64,000 nt of DNA from Patescibacteria group bacterium (GCA_041649155.1 JBAZNP010000001.1:558869-622868); one strand, 5' to 3'. Positions 1 through 9,417 are shown, counted from the stretch's first letter. The notes: generated from the letters alone by a model not told the origin. Program-made: numbers and translations.

Positions 1-626
1 TGCTTCCGTCATGTAATCGGAGATCTCTAATGTATTCGCATGAGAAACAGGTAATCTTTTTATTTCTTGATTACCATTATTATTAAACTCTTTTATTTCA
101 ATTTGTGAAAACGATGACAATCCTTTCGGAAACATTTTATCGTATAAAGACTTGAATTTATCTTTTATCGTATTTGCTAATGCTGGATTATTTTTTAGCT
201 TAACATCGATTTCTTTTTCAAATGAATCTTTATTTTTCTGCAATGCTTCTCCCCAATTTTTTTCCAAGGAAATGTTTTCACTATTTACAATAAAGTTGCC
301 GATTGGCTCAGATAAAACATCGGCAGGAATTTCTTTGGAACCATCTTCTTCGGTCTCAATATGTTCTGGAGCAAATTTTTGTGCAGTCTCTACACAAAAT
401 GACGTTTTGTAACTCTCTTTCATACGGAGAAAATTTATTGCTTCATTCTGATTAGCTGCTTCAGCTTTAATGCCGGAAAATAGAGTCGCGAGTATTGCTG
501 CGGGTATGACGTACTTTTTGTCCTTCAAAAAACGCTCCCACCCTGATGATTTATCATGCTCTATCTTTGTCATTTCCAGATCATGTTCATTTAATCCCAT
601 TTCTTTTGGCGAAAGTTCTAAGTTCA
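1..626 (-). CDS. Hypothetical protein, partial (3' end beyond window start). Begins MNLELSPKEMGLNEHDLEMTKIEHDKSSGWERFLKDKKYVIPAAILATLFSGIKAEAANQ...
   Basis: Manually translated minus strand: uninterrupted 208-codon ORF from ATG at 624-626 to the window edge. Not in the ORF track because no stop lies inside the window. Sits immediately downstream of the hydrogenase large-subunit gene on the same strand. Weak RBS (aaagga). Confidence 0.5.
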
Positions 627-641
627 TATCATTCCTTTGTT

Positions 642-1892
642 CTAATGTGTTGCGCAAGTTATGCATGGATCATATGCTCTGATCAGCATTTCAATTGTCT
701 TATTTCTTTCTTCTTTATTTAAATCTTTAATAATCGGTCCCAAGCTTTTTATGCTGAGCTCCATCGTGGCCAAGTTTTGTACTGTTGGTGTGATAATATC
801 ACACTCTATAATGAAGCCGTCTTTATCCAGTTTGTAGTAATGAAAAAGTGTCCCTCTTGGTGCCTCGCAGGCTCCAACTCCGGAACTAAAACCATTTGGT
901 AGCTTTACTGGTTCTTTTTTATCTATGCCGTTTTCTATAAAATATTTAACTAACTTATTTGATTCTACTGCAAAGTAATAATTTTCAATTGCCTGCGCCA
1001 TAACATTGTCAAAAGGATTATCAAAGTCTTCAATGATCTCTAATTCGTTTAACAACCGATGAACTTCTTCGCCCATAAACTGTCTTCCTAAATTCATTCT
1101 GGCCATTGCTCCCACCATCATTTCGTAACCTTTGAGTGTGGCAAATTTGGCCCTGGTGTATGGTCTTAATTCTTCATTCAGGTAATGACGGTAATTTTTA
1201 GCTGGAAATTCTTTGCCTTTTGAATTTGCAATGTCGCCATCATAAAAGGAATAATCTTTGCGATTATGCAGAGCACTATAAATTACTTTTTGGCTGACTT
1301 TTGGATATGTAAAACTCTTGAAAAGAAGAACGGTTTCTCTAGCGGTTTCAATGATTTCTGTTGATTTTTCTAATAATTTTTTTAAATCGTCTTTTGACGG
1401 GTAGCTTTTGAATCCGCCTGGTACGTTTGCAATTGGATGGACTGCCCTTCCTCCGATCGTATCTAAAATAGAATCGGCATATTGCTTTAATGAGATTGCC
1501 TTTTTAAATATTTCTGGATGATTTTTTTGCAATTCAAAAGATGAAGAAAGACCATAAAAATCAGGCAACACTAAAAGATATAAATGTAACGAATGACTCT
1601 GGATCATCTGTCCGCAGAGCATTAATTTTCTTAATCTATTAGTTTGCTCCGTGGGAATGATGCCGCAAGCTGCTTCTATGCCTTTTGTGGCGGTGACGTT
1701 GTGAATAGTGGGGCAGATGCCGCAAATTCTGGATGTGATTATTGGTGCTTCGTAGTATTTTCGACCTAATAAAATTTTCTCAACAAAACGATCGTTTTCT
1801 AGTCCGATAATTTGGGCCTTGTCGACTTGTCCGTTTCTCAGGTGGGCATAAAACGCGGCATGTCCTTCAATTTTTGGTACAGCTTCTGACAT
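642..1892 (-). CDS. [NiFe]-hydrogenase large (alpha) subunit, group 3 (sulfhydrogenase/F420-non-reducing type)
   Basis: N-terminal RICGICP (RxCGxC) and C-terminal DPCITCATH (DPCxxCxxH) Ni-Fe ligand motifs. 416 aa. Last gene of a 4-gene minus-strand cluster. Confidence 0.9.
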   Translation of the reverse strand: MSEAVPKIEGHAAFYAHLRNGQVDKAQIIGLENDRFVEKILLGRKYYEAPIITSRICGICPTIHNVTATKGIEAACGIIPTEQTNRLRKLMLCGQMIQSHSLHLYLLVLPDFYGLSSSFELQKNHPEIFKKAISLKQYADSILDTIGGRAVHPIANVPGGFKSYPSKDDLKKLLEKSTEIIETARETVLLFKSFTYPKVSQKVIYSALHNRKDYSFYDGDIANSKGKEFPAKNYRHYLNEELRPYTRAKFATLKGYEMMVGAMARMNLGRQFMGEEVHRLLNELEIIEDFDNPFDNVMAQAIENYYFAVESNKLVKYFIENGIDKKEPVKLPNGFSSGVGACEAPRGTLFHYYKLDKDGFIIECDIITPTVQNLATMELSIKSLGPIIKDLNKEERNKTIEMLIRAYDPCITCATH

Positions 1893-1915
1893 ATTATTGT
1901 CCTAAAATAAATTTA

Positions 1916-2647
1916 TTATTTTTTGTTTAATCTTAAATGTTCTTTTTCGTAATCACCATAAATGGTTAGCCAGTTTTCGATTTCCTGTTCTTCTAACATT
2001 GTACCAAGAATTTGGCGTATTTTCTTAAAATTGGCTTGATCTACAGGTCCACGACAGCCAAGACAGGCTTCACCTTTATTAATACAAATACTGCCACAGC
2101 CGGCTCTGGTAATGGGACCGAGACATGGTTTGTCGTTTTTTATTAAACATTTATTTCCGTTCAAACGGCATTCAGAACAGACAGATACATCGGGCAAAAC
2201 AAATTTTTTATCCCAATACGCGTCCATTAAGCATTTTACTAATTCAGAGTGACTTACTGGACAGCCGGGGACTATATAATCCGTTTTGATTGTTGCAGGA
2301 ATTGACTTTACGGTATTGTTTTTGAGAAACATTTTATGTGGCATGCGGTTTCTTTCTGACTGAATTCCACCCATATGAGCGCAAGCTCCGATTGCAATGA
2401 CGGTTTTAGTTTCCTTGCGAATTTTTTTCAGTAATTCAAATTCTCTTTTTGATTCAGGACTTCCTTCGACTAAAGCAACATCAAATGGTCCAGGCAGGTT
2501 ATCTTCTTGTCCCAACCGGAAATTTTTTATGTCATAAAAATTTAAAATTTGGTTAAGATGATCATAAAAAGAGAGTAATTCAAATTGACATCCTTCACAT
2601 GAGGTTAATGAAAATATTGCTAAAGATTTTTTTGGAAAGGCGGTCAT
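1916..2647 (-). CDS. [NiFe]-hydrogenase small (delta) subunit, group 3 type
   Basis: Proximal-cluster motif LTSCEGCQ and additional CxxC clusters (CSECRLNGNKC, GCGSIC...CLGCRGP). 243 aa, a truncated small subunit typical of cytoplasmic group 3 enzymes. Confidence 0.85.
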   Translation of the reverse strand: MTAFPKKSLAIFSLTSCEGCQFELLSFYDHLNQILNFYDIKNFRLGQEDNLPGPFDVALVEGSPESKREFELLKKIRKETKTVIAIGACAHMGGIQSERNRMPHKMFLKNNTVKSIPATIKTDYIVPGCPVSHSELVKCLMDAYWDKKFVLPDVSVCSECRLNGNKCLIKNDKPCLGPITRAGCGSICINKGEACLGCRGPVDQANFKKIRQILGTMLEEQEIENWLTIYGDYEKEHLRLNKK

Positions 2648-2671
2648 AAATTTGTAATTAATAATTCTTAA

Positions 2672-3478
2672 TTATTTGCCCAATTCTCCTTTAATTTTAT
2701 CAAATCGGAATACTGGTCCATCTTCACAGACTAAATATTTTCCAATGTTGCAATGCTGACAAATACCAATTCCACATTCCATTCTTCTCTCAAAAGAAAT
2801 GTAAACATTTTCTTCGGGAAGCCCTTTTTTAAATAAGACTTCATTACAATACGGGATCATGATTTCCGGTCCGCACATTAAAGCGACTGTTTTTTTGTTG
2901 TCGAAATTAATTTTTTCAAGTGCTTCTGTTATCATTCCGCGATCACCCCAAAAGTCTTTGCTTGAATGTTCAACCATTACTTTTAAAACATCGATTTTAT
3001 TTTGTAGTTTTTTTAATTCATCCTTAAATATAACATGATGATCTGTTCTGAAGCCGGCAACTAAATAAATTTTTTTGAACTCGGTTTTGTACCTTATTAA
3101 ATTTAGCAAAAGTGGTTTAAGAGGAACGAGTCCCATACCGCCGGCAATTAAAATTATGTTTTTGCCTATTAGTTTTGAGATGGGCCAGCCATTTCCGTAT
3201 GGTCCTCGCACGTTTAGAAAATCGCCCGGACTTAATTCTACTATTTTATTTGTTGTGCCGCCGGCTGCTCTTACGCAAATATCAAATGACTTCTTTTGGT
3301 CCGGATCGGAACAGATAGCGAGGGTTGCCTCTCCATAATGGTCGATTGCGACCTGAACAAACTGCCCCGGGTTGAATTTGATATGACCTTTGAGTGAAAA
3401 TAAAAAAGTTTCCGGAGCAACCTCTTCTTTGGCTACAATTTCATATTTTTGGTAGGCAAAGCCTCTATCGTTTTTCAT
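2672..3478 (-). CDS. Hydrogenase gamma subunit: FAD/NAD(P)-binding oxidoreductase with C-terminal 2Fe-2S (PyrK/sulfite reductase B-like)
   Basis: Flavodoxin-reductase-like fold signatures (FNPGQFVQV, GGMGLVP) and C-terminal CGIGICQHCN cluster. Position inside the hydrogenase cluster. Confidence 0.8.
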   Translation of the reverse strand: MKNDRGFAYQKYEIVAKEEVAPETFLFSLKGHIKFNPGQFVQVAIDHYGEATLAICSDPDQKKSFDICVRAAGGTTNKIVELSPGDFLNVRGPYGNGWPISKLIGKNIILIAGGMGLVPLKPLLLNLIRYKTEFKKIYLVAGFRTDHHVIFKDELKKLQNKIDVLKVMVEHSSKDFWGDRGMITEALEKINFDNKKTVALMCGPEIMIPYCNEVLFKKGLPEENVYISFERRMECGIGICQHCNIGKYLVCEDGPVFRFDKIKGELGK

Positions 3479-3579
3479 AATTTATATAGATACAAATAAC
3501 AAGATATAATTAATAATTCCTAAATCCTAATGTCAAAATGATTTGAAAATTTGGAATTTAGATTTTGTAATTTAATTGG

Positions 3580-4701
3580 TTATTGTTTCTCGTCTTTTGT
3601 TTCTTTTTCGCTGTCTTGTTCTATTAATGATTCCAAAATATTTTTCATATTTAAGTGAGCTGGGCAGGCTTCAATACATCGGCCACATCCGGTGCAGAGA
3701 AAGCGTTTGTTTTTGTGATATGATCTTACAAATTTGTGATGATACCAGTTATAAAGGCGATCGACATTTTTTGGTCTGAAATCATAATGATTTTGAATTT
3801 CAGAGAAACGTTTTGCAAAGCACGAATCCCAATTTAAGCATTGCTTACTTTCTCCTGTTAATTCATTTTTGAAGTCCTGTCTTGTGCAGAAGCAAAGGGG
3901 ACATACTGTGGAACAGGCGCCGCAACCGAAACAATTTTCTGAAATTTTATCCCAAAATTCTATATGTTTTTCTTTATTATCGATTATTTTAGAAATATTT
4001 TGTTCTGCAAAAGTTTTCTGGTTTGGTTTTATCTCACTTATCTGCAATTTTTTTTGTGACTGTTTTATGCCATTTTTCTTTAAAATTGCCTCCCCTCTTT
4101 TATTGCCGGAAAAAATGGCGTATTCGTTTTTTTCTTCCTGAACGTGTAAATCAAAAGGTGCCAATTTATTCGTTCCTGTCAAATCGCAAAAGCAATTTTC
4201 GTTTGGAAAGCATTCACTGGAAAATATTAAAATATTTTCTCTTTTGGGCAAGATTTTAGTGTCTGTAAATTCTTCCAATAGGTAATGCAGGGCCCAGACA
4301 TCGCAATTATTTAGACCGATTAGAGCAATTTTATTTGAGGAGTGAAGCGATCGAGAACTATTTCCGTTATTCCCGATCTCCAATTTGTCATTCCCGCCCC
4401 TTACTTTGTCATTCCCGCCCCGATGATTTATCGGGGTAAACATCCGGCGGGAATCTACTATTAGTGGATCACCGACTGGATCGGGGATGACAGAGGTAGC
4501 GTTCGGTTCCAAGAGGTTTGGAAATAAAATTTTCTTGAAAGGAATTATCGGCTTTTTATGACCAAGTTTTAAATCTGATGAGCTATTGAGCGCATCAAAA
4601 ACCAGCTTCCCGTCTTTTAACTGGGTGCCGTAAACTGTGTGAGTTTTTTTAATATAATCAATTAACTGATTTAATTGATGAATGGTTATTTGCGATTCCA
4701 A
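3580..4701 (-). CDS. Hydrogenase beta subunit, 4Fe-4S ferredoxin-domain protein, carrying an in-frame repeat-derived insertion
   Basis: Two Cys clusters: CFGCGACSTVCPLCFC and CTGCGRCIEACP. First gene of the minus-strand cluster. Residues ...INHRGGNDKVRGGNDKLEIGNNGNSS... are encoded by MITE-like repeat sequence at ~4383-4460. Confidence 0.75.
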   Translation of the reverse strand: MESQITIHQLNQLIDYIKKTHTVYGTQLKDGKLVFDALNSSSDLKLGHKKPIIPFKKILFPNLLEPNATSVIPDPVGDPLIVDSRRMFTPINHRGGNDKVRGGNDKLEIGNNGNSSRSLHSSNKIALIGLNNCDVWALHYLLEEFTDTKILPKRENILIFSSECFPNENCFCDLTGTNKLAPFDLHVQEEKNEYAIFSGNKRGEAILKKNGIKQSQKKLQISEIKPNQKTFAEQNISKIIDNKEKHIEFWDKISENCFGCGACSTVCPLCFCTRQDFKNELTGESKQCLNWDSCFAKRFSEIQNHYDFRPKNVDRLYNWYHHKFVRSYHKNKRFLCTGCGRCIEACPAHLNMKNILESLIEQDSEKETKDEKQ

Positions 4702-4899
4702 TTGCCCTCCATACTTATTTTATAGTTTTATCTTGTTTCGGGCAAATTTATTGAACAAAAGAATTACATCGTGATAAGATTAAAATGTAATATTCTTCGA
4801 GTTTGCCTGCCAGTGAGTAGGTAAAACGAGAAGTTTTAAATGTTTTTAAGTTCTCGGCTTTGCCTCGAACAATATGATAAAAATAGTTTTTGGAGGGCT

Positions 4900-6030
4900 A
4901 TGAAAAGTATTCGCGATGTTGAAGTTAAAAATAAAAAAGTCTTTTTAAGAGTTGATTTTAATGTTCCTCTTAAAGACGGCAAAATAACTGATACCAACAG
5001 AATAAAAAACTCTGTTCCGACGATAAAATATTTATTAGATAATGACGCAAAGATTATTATCGGCACTCATGTCGGCAGGCCGGAGGGAAAAGTAAATACG
5101 GAATTTTCAACTGTTCCAATGGCACAAGAATTGGCGAAAATGCTTGGCCAAAAAATAACTGTGACCGACCACGTCATCAATGATAAAGTTCTTTTAGAAA
5201 AAATTGATGCCATGCAGCCCAAAGACATTATTGTTTTGGGTAATTTAAGATTTCATCCTGAAGAAGAAGCGAATAATCATATGTTCGCAAAAAAACTGGC
5301 CAGTTATGCTGATATTTATGTAAATGACGCTTTTGCTGTTTCACATCGGTCAAATGCTTCAGTGGATGCTATTACCAGCTATCTGCCTAGTTATTCAGGT
5401 CTTCTTCTCGAATCAGAAATTACTTCTTTGGGATTATTATTAAAAAATCCACAGCCGCCTTTCGTGCTAATAATCGGTGGAGCAAAAGTTGTGGATAAGG
5501 CCGGTTTGATGAAAACCTTGGCCCAAAAAGCTGATAAAGTATTGATCGGCGGAGCGGTTGCAAATACTTTTCTATTAGCCAAAGGTGAAGAAGTGGGTCA
5601 ATCCTTAGTTGAAAAAGAAATGGTGGAAGATTGCAAGAAAATGCTGGAGGAACTTGGAGATAAAATCATATTGCCAGTTGATACAGTCAAAGATAGCGAA
5701 GGCGATAATTTTAAAATAATGGATATTGGTCCAGCTACCATAGCGAAATTCAGGAGCGAGATTTTAAGTGCAGGATCAGTTTTTTGGAATGGGAACTTGG
5801 GCTATACTGAAGACGGGAGATTTGCGGTGGGAACGATGGCGATTGCAAAGGCAATCGAAGAGAATACTTTCGGAACAAAAGTTGCTGCCGGCGGTGATAC
5901 AGTCGGTTTCCTTGATCAAAACAACATGCAAAAAAGTTATTCCTTTATTTCAACCGGTGGCGGAGCGGCGTTAGAGTTTCTGGCCGGCGAAAAACTGCCA
6001 GGGATAGAAGCGCTTAATAAAAATATATAA
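4900..6030 (+). CDS. pgk: Phosphoglycerate kinase
   Basis: KVFLRVDFNVPLKDG N-terminal motif and full-length PGK-like sequence. Start chosen at ATG 4900 (MKSIRDV...) after GGAGGG rather than the tracked 4840. Confidence 0.9.
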   Translation: MKSIRDVEVKNKKVFLRVDFNVPLKDGKITDTNRIKNSVPTIKYLLDNDAKIIIGTHVGRPEGKVNTEFSTVPMAQELAKMLGQKITVTDHVINDKVLLEKIDAMQPKDIIVLGNLRFHPEEEANNHMFAKKLASYADIYVNDAFAVSHRSNASVDAITSYLPSYSGLLLESEITSLGLLLKNPQPPFVLIIGGAKVVDKAGLMKTLAQKADKVLIGGAVANTFLLAKGEEVGQSLVEKEMVEDCKKMLEELGDKIILPVDTVKDSEGDNFKIMDIGPATIAKFRSEILSAGSVFWNGNLGYTEDGRFAVGTMAIAKAIEENTFGTKVAAGGDTVGFLDQNNMQKSYSFISTGGGAALEFLAGEKLPGIEALNKNI

Positions 6031-6046
6031 TCTGGAAATTTCAATT

Positions 6047-6115
6047 GTCATTCCAGACTTGATCTGGAATCTATATAAATAGTAACTGGATCCTGAATCA
6101 AGTTCAGGATGACGC
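6047..6115. mobile_element. MITE-like element (GTCATTCCAGACTTGATCTGGAAT-CTATATAAATAGTAACTGG-ATCCTGAATCAAGTTCAGGATGAC) directly upstream of fba
   Basis: Two perfect 8-bp-stem hairpins with an AT-rich TATATAAAT spacer. Termini GTCAT/ATGAC are inverted. Confidence 0.8.
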
Positions 6116-6124
6116 GAGGAAAAA

Positions 6125-6949
6125 ATGTTCATAAATGTTTCAGAGGAATTAAAAAAATCTAGAAGCGGCGGTTATGCGCTTGGTGCTTTTAATACAAATA
6201 ATCTTGAAGCGACAAAGGCTATTTGCGCAGCTGCTAAAAAGTCGGGCAAACCAGTAATAATTCAAACAACTCCCGGGACGATTGAATATGCAGGTTTAAG
6301 ACAAATATTCGAAATTGTAAAAACGGAAATTGAAGAAACAGGAATTCAGGCAGCGCTTCATCTTGATCACGGCAAAGATTTTGAAGTTGTAAAAGAGTGC
6401 ATTGATATTGGTTATCGCTCTGTAATGATAGACGGCTCAAAGTTACCTTTTGCTGAAAACGTTGCCCTGACAAAAAGAGTTGTTGATTATGCGAAGCCAA
6501 AGAATGTTTCGGTTGAGGCGGAGATAGGCGCTATTGGAACTGATGAAGGTGGAAAGAATGTAGGAGAAGGCACAATGAGTTCTCCTGACGAAGTAAGAAG
6601 ATTCGTGGATCTAACAGGCATCGATTCGATCGCTGTCTCGGTTGGAAACGAGCATGGGGCTCCTGAAGGGGAAAAAATTAATGTAAAGTTGCTTGAAGAA
6701 ATTTCAAAAATTATAGAAATTCCTTTAGTTATGCATGGTGCTTCCGGACTGTCTAATGAAGACATTAAAGCGGTTATTGGTCTTGGCATCGCCAAAATTA
6801 ATATTGATACACAAATTAGAAGGGCGTTCATCGCTGGAATGTCAGACATTGATGAAGAATGCAAAGACTATAGAGATGTTCTGAAAAAATCGATAAACAA
6901 TATAGAGAAAGTGGTAGAGGAAAAGATAAATTTGTTTTCAGAAAAATAA
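6125..6949 (+). CDS. fba: Class II fructose-bisphosphate aldolase
   Basis: YALGAFNTNNLE, HLDHG, MHGASG motifs of class II FBA/tagatose-bisphosphate aldolases. 274 aa. Confidence 0.9.
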   Translation: MFINVSEELKKSRSGGYALGAFNTNNLEATKAICAAAKKSGKPVIIQTTPGTIEYAGLRQIFEIVKTEIEETGIQAALHLDHGKDFEVVKECIDIGYRSVMIDGSKLPFAENVALTKRVVDYAKPKNVSVEAEIGAIGTDEGGKNVGEGTMSSPDEVRRFVDLTGIDSIAVSVGNEHGAPEGEKINVKLLEEISKIIEIPLVMHGASGLSNEDIKAVIGLGIAKINIDTQIRRAFIAGMSDIDEECKDYRDVLKKSINNIEKVVEEKINLFSEK

Positions 6950-6960
6950 ATTTTCGTCTT

Positions 6961-7082
6961 GTCATCCCGAGCAGAGTGTAACGGAGTCGAGAGATCTTGT
7001 GATAGTTAATTCATTAAAAGATTTCCCTGCCTGCCGGCAGGCAGGTCCGCCCCTTCGACAAAGCTCAGGGAGTCGAAATGAC
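6961..7082. mobile_element. MITE-like element, long variant in inverse orientation, with nested 20-bp palindrome (7026-7045)
   Basis: GTCATCCCGAGCAGAGTGTAACGGAGTCGAGAGATC...[CCTGCCTGCCGGCAGGCAGG]...CTTCGACAAAGCTCAGGGAGTCGAAATGAC. Halves are reverse complements of those at 11306-11410. Confidence 0.75.
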
Positions 7083-7108
7083 AAAATAATAATAATTCAT
7101 ATAAATTT

Positions 7109-8122
7109 ATGAAATATGACATCGTAACAATTGGTGATGCATTTGAGGATGTTTTTGTTTTTCCTTCTGATCTTCATGTGAAAAGAGATAAAAACTTTTC
7201 CGGTGGATACGGAGTTAGTTTTGAGCTGGGCGAAAAAATTCCCTTAAAGGAAGTTAGCTATGATGTTGGCGGTTCCGCCTGTAATGCATCTATAGGTTTT
7301 TGTCGGATCGGGCTTGATGCTTCCTTGGTTACAATAGTCGGACAGGACTCGCCAGCTGAAAAAATTTCAACACGACTTTCTTCTGAGTCTGTGGATCTTT
7401 CAAATATTAAAATTGATAAGAAAATGAAAACTAATTTTTCTACAATATTTTCTCTACCGGAAGGTCGAACTATTTTTACATACCATGGCCTTAAAGACTA
7501 TAATCAGTTAAGGATTAAGAAAAATATTCATTCTAAATGGTTTTTTTTGGCACCGATTGGAGATGGCACGGAAGAATTAGAGAAAGATTTAATTGCTAAA
7601 GTGTCGGAAGAAAATTCTTTTTTGGCTTGGAACCCTGGTTCTTTGCAGATAAAAAAAGGAGCTAGTAAGTTTCGTAATTTATTAAAAAATACCTCAGTAT
7701 TATTTCTAAACAGAGAAGAAGCATTAAAATTTATTGATTATCCGGTCAGACCATCCGAGGAAGAAATGCTTAAAAAATTATTTTTCCTAGGTCCAAAATT
7801 GGTTGTAATCACTAACGGGGATAAGGGCGCAAAGGCTTATGACGGAAAATCTATTTATCATGCGAATTCAATTGAAAATTTGAAAATGGTTGATGCAACC
7901 GGTGCCGGAGATAGCTTTGCGGTTGGTGTCATCTCGAATTTATTTTTGTGCAATTGGTCGGGGGAGTCCGATCAGGAATGTATCTCAGTGGCTCTTAAAT
8001 GGGGGATTGTTAATTCTTCGTCGGTGATTGGTTATGTCGGAGCTCAAAAGGGATTGTTGAACAAATCTCAGATCGAGAAGGAACTGGCCGGCAATCCAAG
8101 ACTAAAAGTAGAAGTTGATTAG
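7109..8122 (+). CDS. PfkB-family carbohydrate kinase (ribokinase/phosphofructokinase-like)
   Basis: C-terminal DATGAGDSFAVG anion-hole motif and GG N-terminal motif of the PfkB family. Placement within the glycolytic gene run. Confidence 0.8.
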   Translation: MKYDIVTIGDAFEDVFVFPSDLHVKRDKNFSGGYGVSFELGEKIPLKEVSYDVGGSACNASIGFCRIGLDASLVTIVGQDSPAEKISTRLSSESVDLSNIKIDKKMKTNFSTIFSLPEGRTIFTYHGLKDYNQLRIKKNIHSKWFFLAPIGDGTEELEKDLIAKVSEENSFLAWNPGSLQIKKGASKFRNLLKNTSVLFLNREEALKFIDYPVRPSEEEMLKKLFFLGPKLVVITNGDKGAKAYDGKSIYHANSIENLKMVDATGAGDSFAVGVISNLFLCNWSGESDQECISVALKWGIVNSSSVIGYVGAQKGLLNKSQIEKELAGNPRLKVEVD

Positions 8123-8166
8123 TAAATTAGTTGTAATTTTTCAGTAAATCAGCTGTCACTCTTCAT

Positions 8167-8235
8167 GTCATCCCCGTGAAGACGGGGATCCAAGATAGTA
8201 ATGGATTAGTAGATTCCCGTCTGCGCGGGAATGAC
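8167..8235. mobile_element. MITE-like element variant (GTCATCCCCGTGAAGACGGGGATC...GATTCCCGTCTGCGCGGGAATGAC)
   Basis: Two hairpins with GTCAT/ATGAC termini. Same family as the insertion inside hydB. Confidence 0.7.
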
Positions 8236-8464
8236 AAAGGGTCTTGAGTTGTCAGTTGAGCTAAAAGCTTGCCATGCATTGTGGACTATTTTGCTATTGC
8301 TAAATAAAAGTAATTTATCGTATAATGTTGTATATTACATTAATTTAAAATTTAGAATTTAAATTCAATTTAAAAATCTAAATGTTTAAACATTTTAAAT
8401 TAAATTATTGAAAATTCATTTTAAATTGAAAATTTTAAACTTTAAATTACTCCGAAGGAGTCTT

Positions 8465-9319
8465 ATGCACAGAGAAAAACTTACGGTGACAGTGAAAAAA
8501 GATCTTATTAAAAAGATCGATTCAATTGTTGACGGAGTGAAAATTAGAAACCGTTCTCATGCTACTGAATATTTGATCGAACAGGGGCTAGGTATAAACA
8601 AGGTCAACAAAGCAGTTATTTTGGCTGGTGGCAAGGGAACGCGTCTAAGGCCTTTTACATACGAACTTCCTAAACCATTGATCCCATTACAAGGAAAACC
8701 TCTTTTGCAGCACAGTCTTGATTTATTGAAATCTCACGGCATCACCGAGATCTATCTTTCAATCGGGTATAAGGGCGAACAAATTAAAGAATATTTCGGC
8801 AATGGTGAGAAGTTTGGCTTAAATATTAAATATCTGGAAGAGAAAGAACCCCTTGGAACTGCCGGTCCGTTGAAATTGGCGGAGAAATACCTGGATGACA
8901 CTTTTCTTTTAATCTGGTGTGACGTCTTGGCTGACATCGATCTTGATGATTTCATCTCTTTTCACAAAAATTCAGGTGGATTAGCTACAATGGCTCTTGC
9001 CTCGGTGGACGATGTAACAGCATTTGGAGTCGCCTCCCTGAAAGGATCTAAAATTAATGGTTTTGTTGAAAAACCAACAAAAGAAGAAGCGCCAAGCAAC
9101 TTAATTAATGCTGGCATGATTATTTTAGAGCCTAAGGTTTTTAAATATTTCCCTGATCAGAAAGTGATTTCGATCGAAAAAGAAGTTTATCCTAAAATCG
9201 TCGAAGCAGGAAAGATGTATGGTTATCCATTTTTTGGCCAATGGTATGATACTGGAACTCATGAAGCTTATGAGAAGGCAATCAAAGGCTGGAAAGGCCA
9301 TCGGGCGGGAAAGAAATAA
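8465..9319 (+). CDS. Sugar-phosphate nucleotidyltransferase with an N-terminal ribbon-helix-helix (CopG-like) domain
   Basis: ILAGGKGTRLRPFTYELPKPL NTP-transferase signature. N-terminal ~45 aa (LTVTVKKDLIKKIDSIVDG...RSHATEYLIEQGL) looks RHH-like. RBS ggag before ATG 8465; the tracked start 8408 lies in a very AT-rich repeat. Confidence 0.75.
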   Translation: MHREKLTVTVKKDLIKKIDSIVDGVKIRNRSHATEYLIEQGLGINKVNKAVILAGGKGTRLRPFTYELPKPLIPLQGKPLLQHSLDLLKSHGITEIYLSIGYKGEQIKEYFGNGEKFGLNIKYLEEKEPLGTAGPLKLAEKYLDDTFLLIWCDVLADIDLDDFISFHKNSGGLATMALASVDDVTAFGVASLKGSKINGFVEKPTKEEAPSNLINAGMIILEPKVFKYFPDQKVISIEKEVYPKIVEAGKMYGYPFFGQWYDTGTHEAYEKAIKGWKGHRAGKK

Positions 9320-9417
9320 GCAGTAAGTCGATAAGCGTGTAAACATGTAAGCAGTAGGGATAAAAATATCAGCTCTAAAGAGTTGATATTTTTTATGGTA
9401 ATCGTTTACTCTTAGTT

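Noticed and set aside
152-682. Plus-strand ORFs 152-412 and 470-682
   Set aside because: They overlap a much longer uninterrupted minus-strand ORF (1-626) that follows the hydrogenase operon. They have the low-complexity composition typical of antisense frames.
3075-6864. Antisense/overlapping short ORFs within hydG, hydB, pgk and fba (3075-3338, 3576-3779, 3869-4141, 4023-4259, 4836-5066, 5391-5582, 5768-5974, 6234-6500, 6487-6864)
   Set aside because: Each is embedded in a longer ORF with a clear functional assignment on the other strand or frame. None has a RBS or a motif.
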